Source of the DNA: Eledone cirrhosa
Lineage: Eukaryota
Assembly: GCA_964016885.1 (NCBI GenBank)
Contig: OZ024740.1
Location: 68,882,001-68,946,000, forward strand
Reading direction: 5' to 3'
DNA: 64,000 bases
The notes under the pieces are model-generated. The model was not told the DNA's origin, made no database searches, and saw nothing but the letters and a program-made list of their open reading frames with translations. The position numbers and the translations under genes are program-made. This document shows, one piece after another, positions 28,384 to 40,979 of the stretch (the stretch's first letter is position 1; each line of letters opens with the position of its first letter).

Positions 28384-31300
28384 TTATTATTATTATTATT
28401 ATTATTGTTATTGTTATTCCTTGAATCTCAGTCATTGATGTTGGTTAACTGGAAAGTCCGTTGGATTGAATATCAAGCCACTACCTGCAGCCTCAGATAT
28501 TCAGGACGTATCGGAGGGTTCTTGCCGTTCCAAGCAAGCATGCCTTTTGAAGCGTTCCAAAAAGCGTGAAGGGGCCGATTTTCTTTAACCATCCCTGGAA
28601 ACCTTTGGAGATAGTCCCCAGTGCGCCTATGACAATCGGGATCACTTTGACTTCATGGCAGTTCCAAATCCTTTTCACCTCCCACTTTAGGTCCTGGTAT
28701 CGGTTAATTTTCTCCCTCTCCTTCTCTTGCACTCTCGTGTCGAACGGGCAGGCCACATCCACAATCAGGCACGATCTTTTTTCTTTGTCCACAACCACCA
28801 GGTCAGGTCTATTGTGTTCCAGTTTTTTGTCCGTCTGTATCCTAAAATCCCACAGCACCTTCACCTGACTGTTCTCCATCACCGCCTCTGGCCTATGCTC
28901 ATACCATTTCTCAGAATGTGGTAGATTGTTTACTTTGCACAGGTGCCAGTGGATCACCCTGCCAATCACATCGTGTCTCCAGCCCTTATAGTGGGTCTGG
29001 GCTAGGTGTTTACACTCGGACACAATGTGAGCCACAGTCTCCTCTCTCTCTCCACAGATCCTGCACAGTGGGCTAGCCTCCTCCTTGTAGATATGGTGCT
29101 TCAACCACTTCGTTTTGAGGGCCTGCTCCTGCGCAGCCATTAGCATTCCTTCTGTAGCCTTTTTGAGGTCTCCTCTTCTCAACCAGTTCCATGTCTGTGG
29201 ATCTCTAAATTCAGTTTTCTCAAAGAAGGTACTATGAAGGGATTTTCCCTTAAGGCTGCTCTTCATCCTTGATGTTATTTCCTCCTTGGGTATCCCCTGG
29301 CCTACTGTCCCCTCCTTCAGTACAGCTCTGAGCATTGGCTCCTTACTATAGGTCACGTATTTGTGTAGGTTGTTTTTCTCCATCTGAACACAGTCCTCTA
29401 TGCTGATAAGACCTCTTCCACCCTCAGATCTCCTTAGGTAGAGTCTATCGACATCACTCCTCTTGTGGAACATGTTGTAGATAGTCAATAGCTTCCTAGT
29501 CTTCCTATCCATTTCTTTTTGTTCAGCAACATTCCATCTCAGAATTCCCGCACTGTACCTAATAATAGACACAGCTCGGAAATTTACTGCGCTTATGGCA
29601 TTTCTGCTGTTCAGATGTGACTTCAATACGCTCCTTACTCTCCGAATGTATTCAGTTCTTAACAATTCCTTCATTTTTTTGTTCTTTATGCCATCAGCCT
29701 CCAGAACGCCCAAATACTTGTATCCTTCCTCAGAGTCAATTTCCTTTATCATCTCACCTGTTGGTATCTGGATCCCGTTACTTCTGCTCAACCTACCCCT
29801 CCTCATCACAATGACTCCACATTTACCAATACCAAACTGCATACATATATCACTGCTGAAAATACGGACAGTGTCAACAAGCACATCCAACTCCTTCTCA
29901 CTTTTCCCGAAGAGCTTAAGATCGTCCATGAAGAGGAGGTGATTGATGGTAAGCTCTCCCCTTCCCAACTTGTATCCTGCTCTCACTTTTCGCAGCATAA
30001 TGGTCAAGGGCATCAGGGCAAGGACAAACAACAGAGGGGACAGGCTATCTCCCTGGAAGATACCTCTCTTGATCTTCACGCTTCCCAAGGATACTCCAGT
30101 TGATGTCAACTCTGTCTCCAAGGACCCCATACTCCTGCCCAGCAACTGTCTGATGTTATCTGCCACCCTGAAGATCTCCAGGCTTTTGGTGATCCAGGAA
30201 TGAGGCACCATGTCAAATGCCTTTCTGTAGTCTATCCATCCCATGGCAAGATCAGTGTGTCTCCTCCTGCAATTCCCCATTACCATCTTATCAATAAGCA
30301 ACTGGTCCTTTGTACCACGTGACTTCTTTCGGCATCCTTTCTGTTCGTCCGGCAACAAGTTGTTTGTGTGGAGGTGATGGTAGATTTCCTCATACACAAT
30401 GCTCGTCAACAGTTTCCACATTACGGGCAGACATGTGATAGGTCTATAGTTGGTAACATCATTACCCTTGATTCGGTCTTTCATTATCAGAACTGTGGTA
30501 CCTTTTGTCAACCACTCTAGCACCTCACCCGACACCAAGCAGTCATTGAACATGGCCGTCAGCTTCGGGTGGAGGGATGTTAAATGTTTAATCCAATACC
30601 CCTGCACACCATCTGGGCCTGGTGATTTCCAGTTGGTTAGTTTTTTGGCTTGCCCCTTAAGAGTTTCAACTGTGATACTCAAATAAGTCTGTTGCTGTGC
30701 CTGCTCACCGATCTCCCTCTGTACTGTCTCAATCCACCCTGCCTGGGCATTATGTCTAACATCCTGCTCCCATATTCCTCTCCAGAATGTTTTAGTTTGT
30801 TCCGCCCCAGGGATCAAGTCGTTGCCTCTTTCTTTCCCTTCAAGCTGTCCAAACAGCATCTTCTGGTTGTTGTCGAACATGCGGTTCTGTTTATACTGAC
30901 TGACTCTGTTCTCGTATCGCCTGATTTTTGCACTCTTTGCTACAATGCGTTGCTTCAATTCCTCTATGATAATATTTAGCTTTTTACTCCTAGTTTTGTA
31001 TTTTATTTCCAGTCTATTTTTAGTGCCTATGTTTTATAGTGTCCCATTCAGTAGTGACTCAAGCTTTCCTATGTCATTTCTCATTTCCCCGATTTGCCCA
31101 CTCAGTCGCTTCTTCCACCACGGCTCTGCTCTTTCTTGTCTGTTGTTTCCTCTCGCTTTTATACCAAGTAGTTTCCTCACCGTATTTGCTGTTGCTTTGA
31201 GGATATTGTTGCACTGGTGAAGACTCCTCGCCTCAAGGTATGGGATGACTTTGTTTACCTTAGCTGTTGTTTCTTTTAACTTTTTCCTGTCTACAAATCT

Positions 31301-31800
31301 TAGGTTCATAGGTCTCCCACTATCATTGTTCAACTCATCTACCACTAAATTTAGGATGTCAACCGAATCTTGTCCTAGCCCGTCAGCATTCATCTCCTCA
31401 GTGGCCGTTTCTCTGTTCCAGGTATTATTTATCTCAGTATTCAGATCATTGTCTGCTTCGGGTGGTTCCTCCGTTCTCAGGACCTCCTCACCTTCATTTC
31501 CCGCCGGCTCGCTTGTCTGGCATACTACACCCGCCATCTCCAAGCCATTCTCTCTGCTCAGTTCCTCCAGTTCCAGCTCGCTTATCCACCCATTAGTTCT
31601 TATTACCCGAGCCTGCCCGGCCAATTTTTGTTCATCTAATTTAAATAAACCAATCTCGTTCCAGATGTTATGCATCCGTCTCCTGTAGCCCCTCTCCTTG
31701 GGGTTACTTTTCAGGTAGCATTGCATAACAGTTCTATTCAATTCTTTCGTCCAGTTGGTTCTGGCCCCTTTCCTTCTTCTTCTTCCTCCAACATCAGCAG
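28384..31800 (-). mobile_element. Dong/R4-clade non-LTR retrotransposon, near intact
   Basis: Single RT-CCHC-RLE reading frame with (TAA)n on both sides, consistent with known Dong target specificity. Confidence 0.85.
28493..31741 (-). pseudogene. RT, CCHC knuckle and PD-D/ExK endonuclease ORF with one in-frame TAA (31034-31036)
   Basis: YRPITCL, DYRKAFD, GIFQGDSLSP, LFMDD, CRICGEREETVAHIVSEC, RHD, RPDLVVVD. The two listed ORFs are in the same frame. Confidence 0.9.
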
Positions 31801-31853
31801 TATTTGGTTATTATTATTATTATTGGTTATTATTATTATTATTATTATTATTG

Positions 31854-31933
<80 letters not shown>

Positions 31934-31945
31934 CATTAATTATTA
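31801..31945. repeat. (ATT)n microsatellite
   Basis: Seen directly. Confidence 0.95.
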
Positions 31946-31946
31946 G

Positions 31947-32117
31947 AGGGCGGTGGATTGGCAGTATCCAGTAGAGAGTCGGACGCCATGATGTGACGCA
32001 TAGAGTTACAGCCGTTTCCAATCTCAGGTCAAATCCCGCCGAGGTTAACTTTGCCTTTCATCCTTACGGGTTCGATAAAATAAAGTACCAGTAATGTACT
32101 GGGTATTGCTGGCCTTG

Positions 32118-32121
<4 letters not shown>
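31947..32121 (+). mobile_element. SINE
   Basis: Full head ggcggtggattggcagtatc and core. Confidence 0.85.
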
Positions 32122-32177
<56 letters not shown>

Positions 32178-32322
32178 GATATTAAACAAATGGAAACTAT
32201 ATTTATAAAACCATATTTATTTCATTATACATATTTCAGGGATACCATATTAAAAATATGGCCTGCCTTCGTCAGATAAAATACAATGTATAAACAGTTT
32301 TATAAATAATTTTGACGTACCA
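32178..32322 (-). mobile_element. family B pseudo-LTR with hammerhead motif
   Basis: Minus strand reads TTTTAT-CTGACGA-..-GAAA-TATGTA-TA-ATGAAA. Confidence 0.7.
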
Positions 32323-33247
32323 TATTATAAGCGACCATTAAATTAGGAAGCTGTCTGGCTAGTCAAAACGTTCAGGCCTTATCTTACTCATTTTGTTTAT
32401 TCCTATGTTTATAATGGAACATTTATTCTGCTGTATAATAATTTTACTCCGTATACTAACGTATGTTACAGTTTTCCATTCATTACTTCTTCTCTTCATT
32501 TCCCATTTTATACGTTATAAACTATTTCAAACCTCCCTCTGTCTATTACATGTATTTCCTATTTCACGCCCCACTAAATGAATAACAATATGTTACTAAC
32601 GTTACCGTGCTAGCCTAGATCTACTGAAGGTTTTGTGTACTTAAAATGTTCCATATGTGTCGATTTAGGAAATTAGCATGAGGATTCCTTAAATAATTAT
32701 TTAATTAAACATGACGCATATAACGTGTATTTATAATGTCCTGTGTGGACTCAAGTCTCTCTCTATATATACCTCTCTCTCACTAACCCGATTTACCAGT
32801 GTCTGAAGCTGGGGTCATCGATACGTAGATTTTGATTTTTATATATAGGGAGAGGGGAGAATGTGTGTATTTACATATGTATATATGTATATATATATGT
32901 GTGTGCGGGTGTGTGTGTGTGTGTGTGTGTGTGTAAGAACGTGAGGTTTTCAGGAGATCTTTTTGGTAAAAACACGATATCCTAAAACGAGTGATAGTAG
33001 AATTTTGATGGAGGGTTTGCAGCTTTTCTGGTGAAGAACCATAAAACATCTATCTCAATTCTACTTTTAATAAGCATAAGAAGTGTGAAACCGGTAAATG
33101 AGAACATAAATATTCTTAAAAAGACTCCAGTTGCATTTTCGATTTCTTTTCCTTCTACACACACACACACACACACACAGATATATATACACATACCCCC
33201 ACACACACATACACACAAACACAGTGATACATATATATATATATATA

Positions 33248-33797
33248 TCCTTTCTGAATTTGTTTAGCAAGATTCTTTATCTGAAAACGTGTGTTGAAAC
33301 CGATATTGTTATACTTTGGGAGGGTCATGTTCCCAATAGGAAGCACACGTACCAGTAGCTTCCACTCCAATTTATTGTAAATATAAGAATTTATAAATTT
33401 CCGGTTGGTTGGTTGGTTCCACAACCGGACGGTTGTTCATATGTTGTCAAAGTTCTTTCGTCACATATTATGTGACCTCTTCCGTGACTGGGATTCTTCT
33501 CTTTGTTTTGTGCCTCTCCTTTGTTCTGTCCTACGCCATCTTGTTTGTGTGTGTGTTGCGTGTTTCGTTTGCGACACTGAGACCCGGATGTAACACATGC
33601 GTAAACGAAACACACAACACACACAAAAACAAGATGGCGTAGGACAATATATGAACAACCGTCCGGATGTCGAACCAACCAACCAACCGGAAATTTATAA
33701 TTTCTTAAATTTATATATATAATTTATAATAAATTGGAATGATAGCTACTGGTACGTGTGTTTCTTATGTGCAACATGACCCTCCCAAAGTATAACG
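33248..33797. mobile_element. family D inverted insert
   Basis: Reverse-orientation relative of 19831-20258. Hammerhead core mutated to CGGAAGA. Confidence 0.75.
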
Positions 33798-33879
33798 ATA
33801 TATATATATATATATATATATAGGTGTTAAGGTGCAAGTTAAGTGCGTGGAATACCGAATGACCACACGATGCTCTTGG

Positions 33880-34132
33880 GGAGCAAAGAATCAATAGTAT
33901 TAATATATAAGGGAACAAATAATCAGCGTTGCATCATATACATATTTAATTACATATTACATACGTTTCACTGTCGATCGACTCGAGGAAAACTATTAAT
34001 GATCGAATCTGACTCTGGAATCGGAAGCTCCTAATATATATTTTAACATGTAGACACGAGTCTACAGTGAAACATATGTAATATGTAATTAAACATGTAT
34101 ATGTTGCAACATTGATTAGTCGTTCCCTTATA
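33880..34132. mobile_element. family E inverted insert
   Basis: 33906-33974 is inverted relative to 34064-34130. A second copy lies at 39245-39370. Confidence 0.6.
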
Positions 34133-34312
34133 TATATATATTAAATTTGGCGATATTTGGCTGCGCTTTCTAGCAGCAAGCCTACCCGCCGTAAGCAACC
34201 AATCACATTCTTTCTCTCTGGCTTGAACACAGCCACATACCGATTTTTAGCCAATTTTGAATCTAATTTTGGCGGGATCGGATTGAAAAACTAGATATCT
34301 GATTTTGAGTTT

Positions 34313-34388
34313 GTCTCCTGATGAATCCTAACTCAGGACATTCCTATTATTTGGATGTCCAAAATAAGGAAGAAACCGTGGTAGAGAT
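34313..34388 (+). ncRNA. type I hammerhead ribozyme motif with extended stem II
   Basis: TCTC-CTGATGA-aTCCT..GGACATTC..GGATGTCC..AGGAa-GAAA-CCGTGG-TA-GAGA. Confidence 0.65.
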
Positions 34389-34690
34389 ATAATTACGGTA
34401 TGTGCGCATTTCTTCTAAGTTTAATTTTACAACTAATTGTGTATGGTTCATGGTATATTTAGTCAGTTTCTACATGCTGTCGAAATGTTGGATAAATACT
34501 CGACTGTGGCTGCCGCGAAGAGGCTACGTTCGGCTATTTGTCGGAGATTTCCCCATAAGAGCATTTATTCTTATAGCTTGTTCGGATTGATTTTTTATAT
34601 GGTTAATTATGATAATTAGAAGAAGAAATAGTATATATTTTATTATCTGATGATTCTAAAGACATGATTTATGATATAAATACATATATA

Positions 34691-35463
34691 TAGTTTTGCG
34701 AGGTTTTTTATATGAAATCGTGTGTCGAAAGAAATATTGTTATACATGGGGAGGGTCAGTACTATACGAACATGCTAGACAGCAACATGACGGTAACATA
34801 GACAACATAGAAATTAGAATAATATCTAAACATAGAAATGACCCAGCAGATAGGCAAATCAGAGAGACCAGTGAAATAGAAATTAGAAGACCAAGACTAA
34901 ACAGAAAGAATGAATGGAATAACAACAACACCCAAACTAACAACACTGACCTAAGAGAAGTATAAATAAGTAAATAAATAAAATAAAATAAATAAATATA
35001 TAAATAAATACATACACAAGCACAATAACAACAAGCACATAAACACACACTAGTCACCCATCACACACCAAACAAAACACTATACACACACGCAAACGCA
35101 TGCGCAAAGAAGACAAAATAAAATATACAAACAAGCAAATAAATAAATAAATAAATATATAGACAGACTGAATAAAAATGGCGTAGACATACAATACAAC
35201 AGGAGGAAACGATAGCACCACTGACGATGTTGCAGATGTACAACGAAAGATTTATGATAAAATATATATATGTGTCTGTGTCTATATTGTATCTGTATTA
35301 TTTTTGACCGTCGGTCAGTCGATAGCAACATTGAGGACCGAGTAAGTTAGATTACCGATATAAAAGACACAGAAGCGAGAAGCGAAATCCAACCAAACAG
35401 TGAGTGTGTTCGGTTATTAATTATGGTAATATTACACAAATATGACCCTCCCCAAGTATAACT
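34691..35463 (+). mobile_element. 5'-truncated PLE: inverted tail, GIY-YIG C-terminus, family D pseudo-LTR
   Basis: 34757-34965 reads SVLYEHARQQH..RQIRETSEI..PRLNRKNEW. Hammerhead CTGACGA at 35221. Confidence 0.7.
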
Positions 35464-35474
35464 ATATATATAAA

Positions 35475-35566
<92 letters not shown>

Positions 35567-35569
<3 letters not shown>

Positions 35570-36405
35570 TATTTTCCGTTGTGTTGTAATATAAGTATTA
35601 CACACAGTAGATTATCAGCTCACGTAGAGTTTGCTCGACGGTTCCAGTTGTAGTTCCAAAAGTAATCCGGAGAAAAATAGAAAGATTTGAATGGATACAG
35701 TTTAGTTGAAAGGAATTTATTGACACGTGTTTCTATAACAGTTACATAACCTAAAACAGCTGCTATCTACAAACTTTTAGTTATGCAGACATTCAATATT
35801 TCAATGTTATTATTTACTGTCATTTCATCAGAATAATATTACTGAGGACCTATTTAGTTTTTATAGAGAATATTAGGAGGGAGGGGTGAAGTTGTTAGAA
35901 GAATAGTTGAAGGAGTGGTCTTTCGATAGCAGTGAGAATTCTTGGTGGCAGTGAGTAATTAGATTCCCATCTGTTGTTTTGACATTTTTTATAGAATATA
36001 TTATTGGTTATTTTTCTAAATCTATAGAAGGATTAGAGATAGTAAGGATATGCGTGGTTGGTTTTGTGTTTGCACTTAATTAACATTCAGACTTAAATTT
36101 TTCTTTCAAGTGTACGTATCCTTTCACCCACGCATTCACACACAAATATATTTGCACACCTCTACAAAATACATATACTCACAATTCACATATTCATACT
36201 TACATATATATACACATGCATACACATATATATACACACATGTATTCATGTACATACATACGCGCTCATGTGTATACATTTTCATACTCAACTTATCTTT
36301 ATATACATACGTATAGACACACACATATATACATACATACTCTAGTCCCTGTGTACACACATACACATACATACACATCTATATACACATATATACATAC
36401 ATATC

Positions 36406-36458
<53 letters not shown>

Positions 36459-38975
36459 CACTTTAATACATGAATACACTTACATCTAACTATACACATC
36501 AAACATATATATATATTTACTTATTTATATACATTTTCACATATATATTCATACTTATGGACGTTTTTAGACTCATTCATTATCGCATATTTGCACCTAT
36601 TCTCATCAGCATATCTTTCCATTATTAGTGTGGTAATTTAAGGTTATTAATATATGTTGAGAAGAGATTGTTTTTATATTTTTCTAACTAGATTAAGGTT
36701 TATATAGTTGGGGGATGTCCCTCTTTTATGTAATATTCGGCTTGTAGTGGGAAAAAAGGGTTTTAGTTCTGTGACGGCAGAATAATGTTCGTTCAATTCT
36801 GTTATTCAGCATTTTCTTCTTGTGTGTGATTATGTAATAAATCTCAAGATTACACAATTTGCAGAAATTTTGGCTCCTGGAAAAGATTTGGGTTTTAGCT
36901 AATTTCTCCCATTTTAGGGTAAACTTTTGATCGCTATCCCTGAGCGTCCAAGCTTTTTCTGCTAAAGTTGTTACATTTCTTTGGCTCTGGTGTTTTATTG
37001 AGTAAGAATGCCTATACAATCGAGATTTAAACGATGTTGCCGTTGATCCCACGTAATACCACTCGTTGCCTCCGGATTTAATGGTACACTTATAAATAAT
37101 ATTTTTTTCCAGGCAGTTATTGCCGAGGGGGCAGTTGTCAGGATAGGTGCAGTTACAGTTGTGTACGTTGGGTTTTCTCTGGGATAGTATTGCGGACGAA
37201 CTTAAGTGTGGTTTATTTATGTTCTGTAGTGTATTGTCTACTGTTTTTTTTGTGTTCTTTGTACTTAAGTTTTTAGTGTTTTCGTTTAACCTTCTAGTAT
37301 TGATCTTTTTTATGTGTTGTTCAAGGTTTAACGCTGTAGAGTATGACACTCTTATAGTGGTAGGGTTTAGGATTTTGTGGTATTTGTGTGATGTAGGAAA
37401 ATGTCTTTTAATTATTTTAAAGAAGAGTACTGGTAAATTTGTACTAATGGAACTATTGTATTCGGGGTTATACCATAAGTACTCTTTGCATCGCTTTCTA
37501 TTAGTTTTGTTTGTTGGTTTACTGGTGTGCATACTATGGTAGTAAGTGTGGTTTGGTGTTGTGTTATTATATCTACCTATGTGGGATTTATTTTGGGTGT
37601 TTTGATTGTTCCCATCTATGTACTCTATTTTGTTGAGGTAGCCTGCTTTACTAAGGGCGTTATCGTAGTACTCGGCGTGTTCCTTAAATACTTGTATGTT
37701 AGAAGATAGACCCGAGATTCTAAGGGAAATATTTTTAGGGATAGATTTAATTAGAGAGATGGGGTGGTTAGACCCAACATTTACGTATTTGAGATTTTCA
37801 TTCAATTTATGAAACGGTTTAATCAAACCAGAGTTTAAATTGAGTGTGACATCCAGGAAGTTAACTACTTTAAGGTTGTATTCATATGTTATAGTTAGTC
37901 CTATTTCGAGTAGTAGTTTTCTTATATCTTTGCGTAGTTTTTCTAGTTTTTGGTTATTAGGGTTTTTAGCTAGGAGGAGAACATCGTCGCGGTATATTCC
38001 GCCGTGGAGATTGCTGAATTTTTCCTGGAGTCTAATAACCTTAAATTACCACACTAATAATGGAAAGATATGCTGATGAGAATAGGTGCAAATATGCGAT
38101 AATGAATGAGTCTAAAAACGTCCATAAGTATGAATATATATGTGAAAATGTATATAAATAAGTAAATATATATATATGTTTGATGTGTATAGTTAGATGT
38201 AAGTGCTTATATATATATATATATATATAATATATATATATATAATATATATATGTATGTATATATGTGTATATAGATGTGTATGTATGTGTATGTGTGT
38301 ACACAGGGACTAGAGTATGTATGTATATATGTGTGTGTCTATACGTATGTATATAAAGATAAGTTGAGTATGAAAATGTATACACATGAGCGCGTATGTA
38401 TGTACATGAATACATGTGAGTATATATATGTGTATGCATGTGTATATATATGTAAGTATGAATATGTGAATTGTGAGTATATGTATTTTGTAGAAGTGTG
38501 CAAATATATTTGTGTGTGAATGCGTGGGTGAAAGGATACGTACACTTGAAAGAAAAATTTAAGTCTGAATGTTAATTAAGTGCAAACACAAAACCAACCA
38601 CGCATATCTTTACTATCTCTAATCCTTCTATAGATTTAGAAAAATAACCAATAATATATTCTATAAAAAATGTCAAAACAACAGATGGGAATCTAATTAC
38701 TCACTGCCACCAAGAATTCTCACTGCTATCGAAAAACCACTCCTTCAACTATTCTTCTAACAACTTCACCCCTCCCTCCTAATATTCTCTATAAAAACTA
38801 AATAGGTCCTCAGTAATATTATTCTGATGAAATGACAGTAAATAATAACATTGAAATATTGAATGTCTGCATAACTAAAAGTTTGTAGATAGCAGCTGTT
38901 TTAGGTTATGTAACTGTTATAGAAACACGTGTCAATAAATTCCTTTCAACTAAACTGTATCCATTCAAATCTTTC

Positions 38976-38977
<2 letters not shown>
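35567..38977 (-). mobile_element. young 5'-truncated Hydra-type PLE with ~950-bp inverted 3' copy
   Basis: 35678-36649 is a near-identical reverse complement of 38033-38977. (TA)n at both ends. CTGATGA-AATG..CATT-GAAA at 38824. Confidence 0.85.
36726..38039 (-). CDS. partial PLE ORF: RT from YRDD through thumb, plus GIY-YIG endonuclease
   Basis: Frame stays open upstream of the listed start (GGIYRDDV..VNFLDVTL). CNCTYPDNCPL, IIYKC..YVGST..FKSRLYRH, CKLC, CRH. Confidence 0.85.
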   Translation of the reverse strand, partial: VIRLQEKFSNLHGGIYRDDVLLLAKNPNNQKLEKLRKDIRKLLLEIGLTITYEYNLKVVNFLDVTLNLNSGLIKPFHKLNENLKYVNVGSNHPISLIKSIPKNISLRISGLSSNIQVFKEHAEYYDNALSKAGYLNKIEYIDGNNQNTQNKSHIGRYNNTTPNHTYYHSMHTSKPTNKTNRKRCKEYLWYNPEYNSSISTNLPVLFFKIIKRHFPTSHKYHKILNPTTIRVSYSTALNLEQHIKKINTRRLNENTKNLSTKNTKKTVDNTLQNINKPHLSSSAILSQRKPNVHNCNCTYPDNCPLGNNCLEKNIIYKCTIKSGGNEWYYVGSTATSFKSRLYRHSYSIKHQSQRNVTTLAEKAWTLRDSDQKFTLKWEKLAKTQIFSRSQNFCKLCNLEIYYIITHKKKMLNNRIERTLFCRHRTKTLFSHYKPNIT

Positions 38978-39016
<39 letters not shown>

Positions 39017-39019
<3 letters not shown>

Positions 39020-39212
39020 ACAAAGGAAATGTGGTAAGGAACCAGATGGACCATAACGCACCAGAGTACTCAATACTTAGAGTAGTAGAGAGGCAAATAG
39101 GAAAAAGTATGACCCAGACGGCAGAGCTCAAGCCGTTTCGACGGCTATTTCTGGTCCAGAAATAGCGGTAGAAACGGCTTGAGCACTGCCGTCGGGGTCG
39201 AACATTTTCCTA
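39017..39212. mobile_element. family A fold-back insert
   Basis: Inverted about tttctgg-t-ccagaaa. Long tail left, short tail right. Confidence 0.75.
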
Positions 39213-39401
39213 TATATATATATTTATATATATATATATATATAAAGTATTAAGATATAAGGGAACAACTAATCACTGTTGCAGCATATTTATGTTTAAT
39301 TACATATTACCTGTTTCACTGTAGACTCGTGTCTACATGTTAAAATATATATGAGGAACTTCCGATTCCACGAATATATATATATATTTATATATGTATA
39401 T

Positions 39402-39799
<398 letters not shown>

Positions 39800-40324
39800 T
39801 CTGTTTCCTTATTAACATACTTAAAAGATCTGCATACTTCCACTTTTGTATGTATTTATGTATTTTAAAATTCTAATGTAATTTCAGGAATTAATACATC
39901 CCAATTACAAAACATGGTATTTCGTAAATTTCATTTCCTTCATTAGTTTGACTTGTTATTGAAATTTGAATATATAAATATAGAAGCGTAGGTTGGAGCA
40001 TTTAAAATCAAGTCCTATTTTTGGTAACTTTCTTGATAACATTACTAATATATTTGAATATTCTGTAAACATTAATAAATTTCTTAATTCATATAAAATT
40101 CGATATAAGATTTCGTATAATTTCGTACCATGACTTGTCTCTGCCAATCCTTTTCCATTTCAAATTAAACCAGATTTTACATCGGGAAAATCTCGTTGAG
40201 ATTATTTTAAATATACATCAACACCATCTTTATCCGTTTGAGTTTGGATTACACCATAATTTATCCCGAACACACTTTTAATGGACTTTGGACATGATAT
40301 CCTGCATCATATATATAAATACAT

Positions 40325-40412
<88 letters not shown>

Positions 40413-40979
40413 ATACACACACACACACATATATATATAGGTGGAATCCTGATGAATTATTACGAATAAATCAGTTCTAGTCCTGTAGAAGTAATTTCTA
40501 TGATATATATATTTATATATATATATACATACATACATGCATACATATATACTTACATACATGCATACATACATGCATACATGCATACATACATTGGCGT
40601 GGGAGACTATTTATTAAATGTAAAATGAATACTATCTCCGACAGAAATGCCACAACTGCAGTCATGTTGAATAACTGGTTATTCTTCTAACTATATCTTC
40701 TGAAGACACCTTTTATTCGAATTGGTAGAGATATCCGACTAAATACATAGTTAATTTTACAAGGATTTGCTACAAACAGCATGGCTGAACACATCAACAA
40801 CGAAATTACAGAAGTATCGAAGACGACCAACAAGAAAGGTAAACACACTTTATTCAGTTGTAGCGACAGAAGAGACAGAAATTATAAATCGCATTTCTCT
40901 TGGAGTTGCGAATTTAATAATGATTTATTTAATTATTATAAAATGTAAAAGAAAATCCCTCCATTGGTAGAATGAAGCT

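Noticed and set aside
28566-31688. Plus-strand ORFs over the Dong element
   Set aside because: Antisense shadows of the coding strand.
34030-34085. Family E hammerhead
   Set aside because: It has a stem and GAAA-CATATG-TA, but both copies lack CUGANGA.
38033-38040. Microhomology at the inversion junction
   Set aside because: Without a consensus I cannot tell whether TAATAACC belonged to the original ORF.
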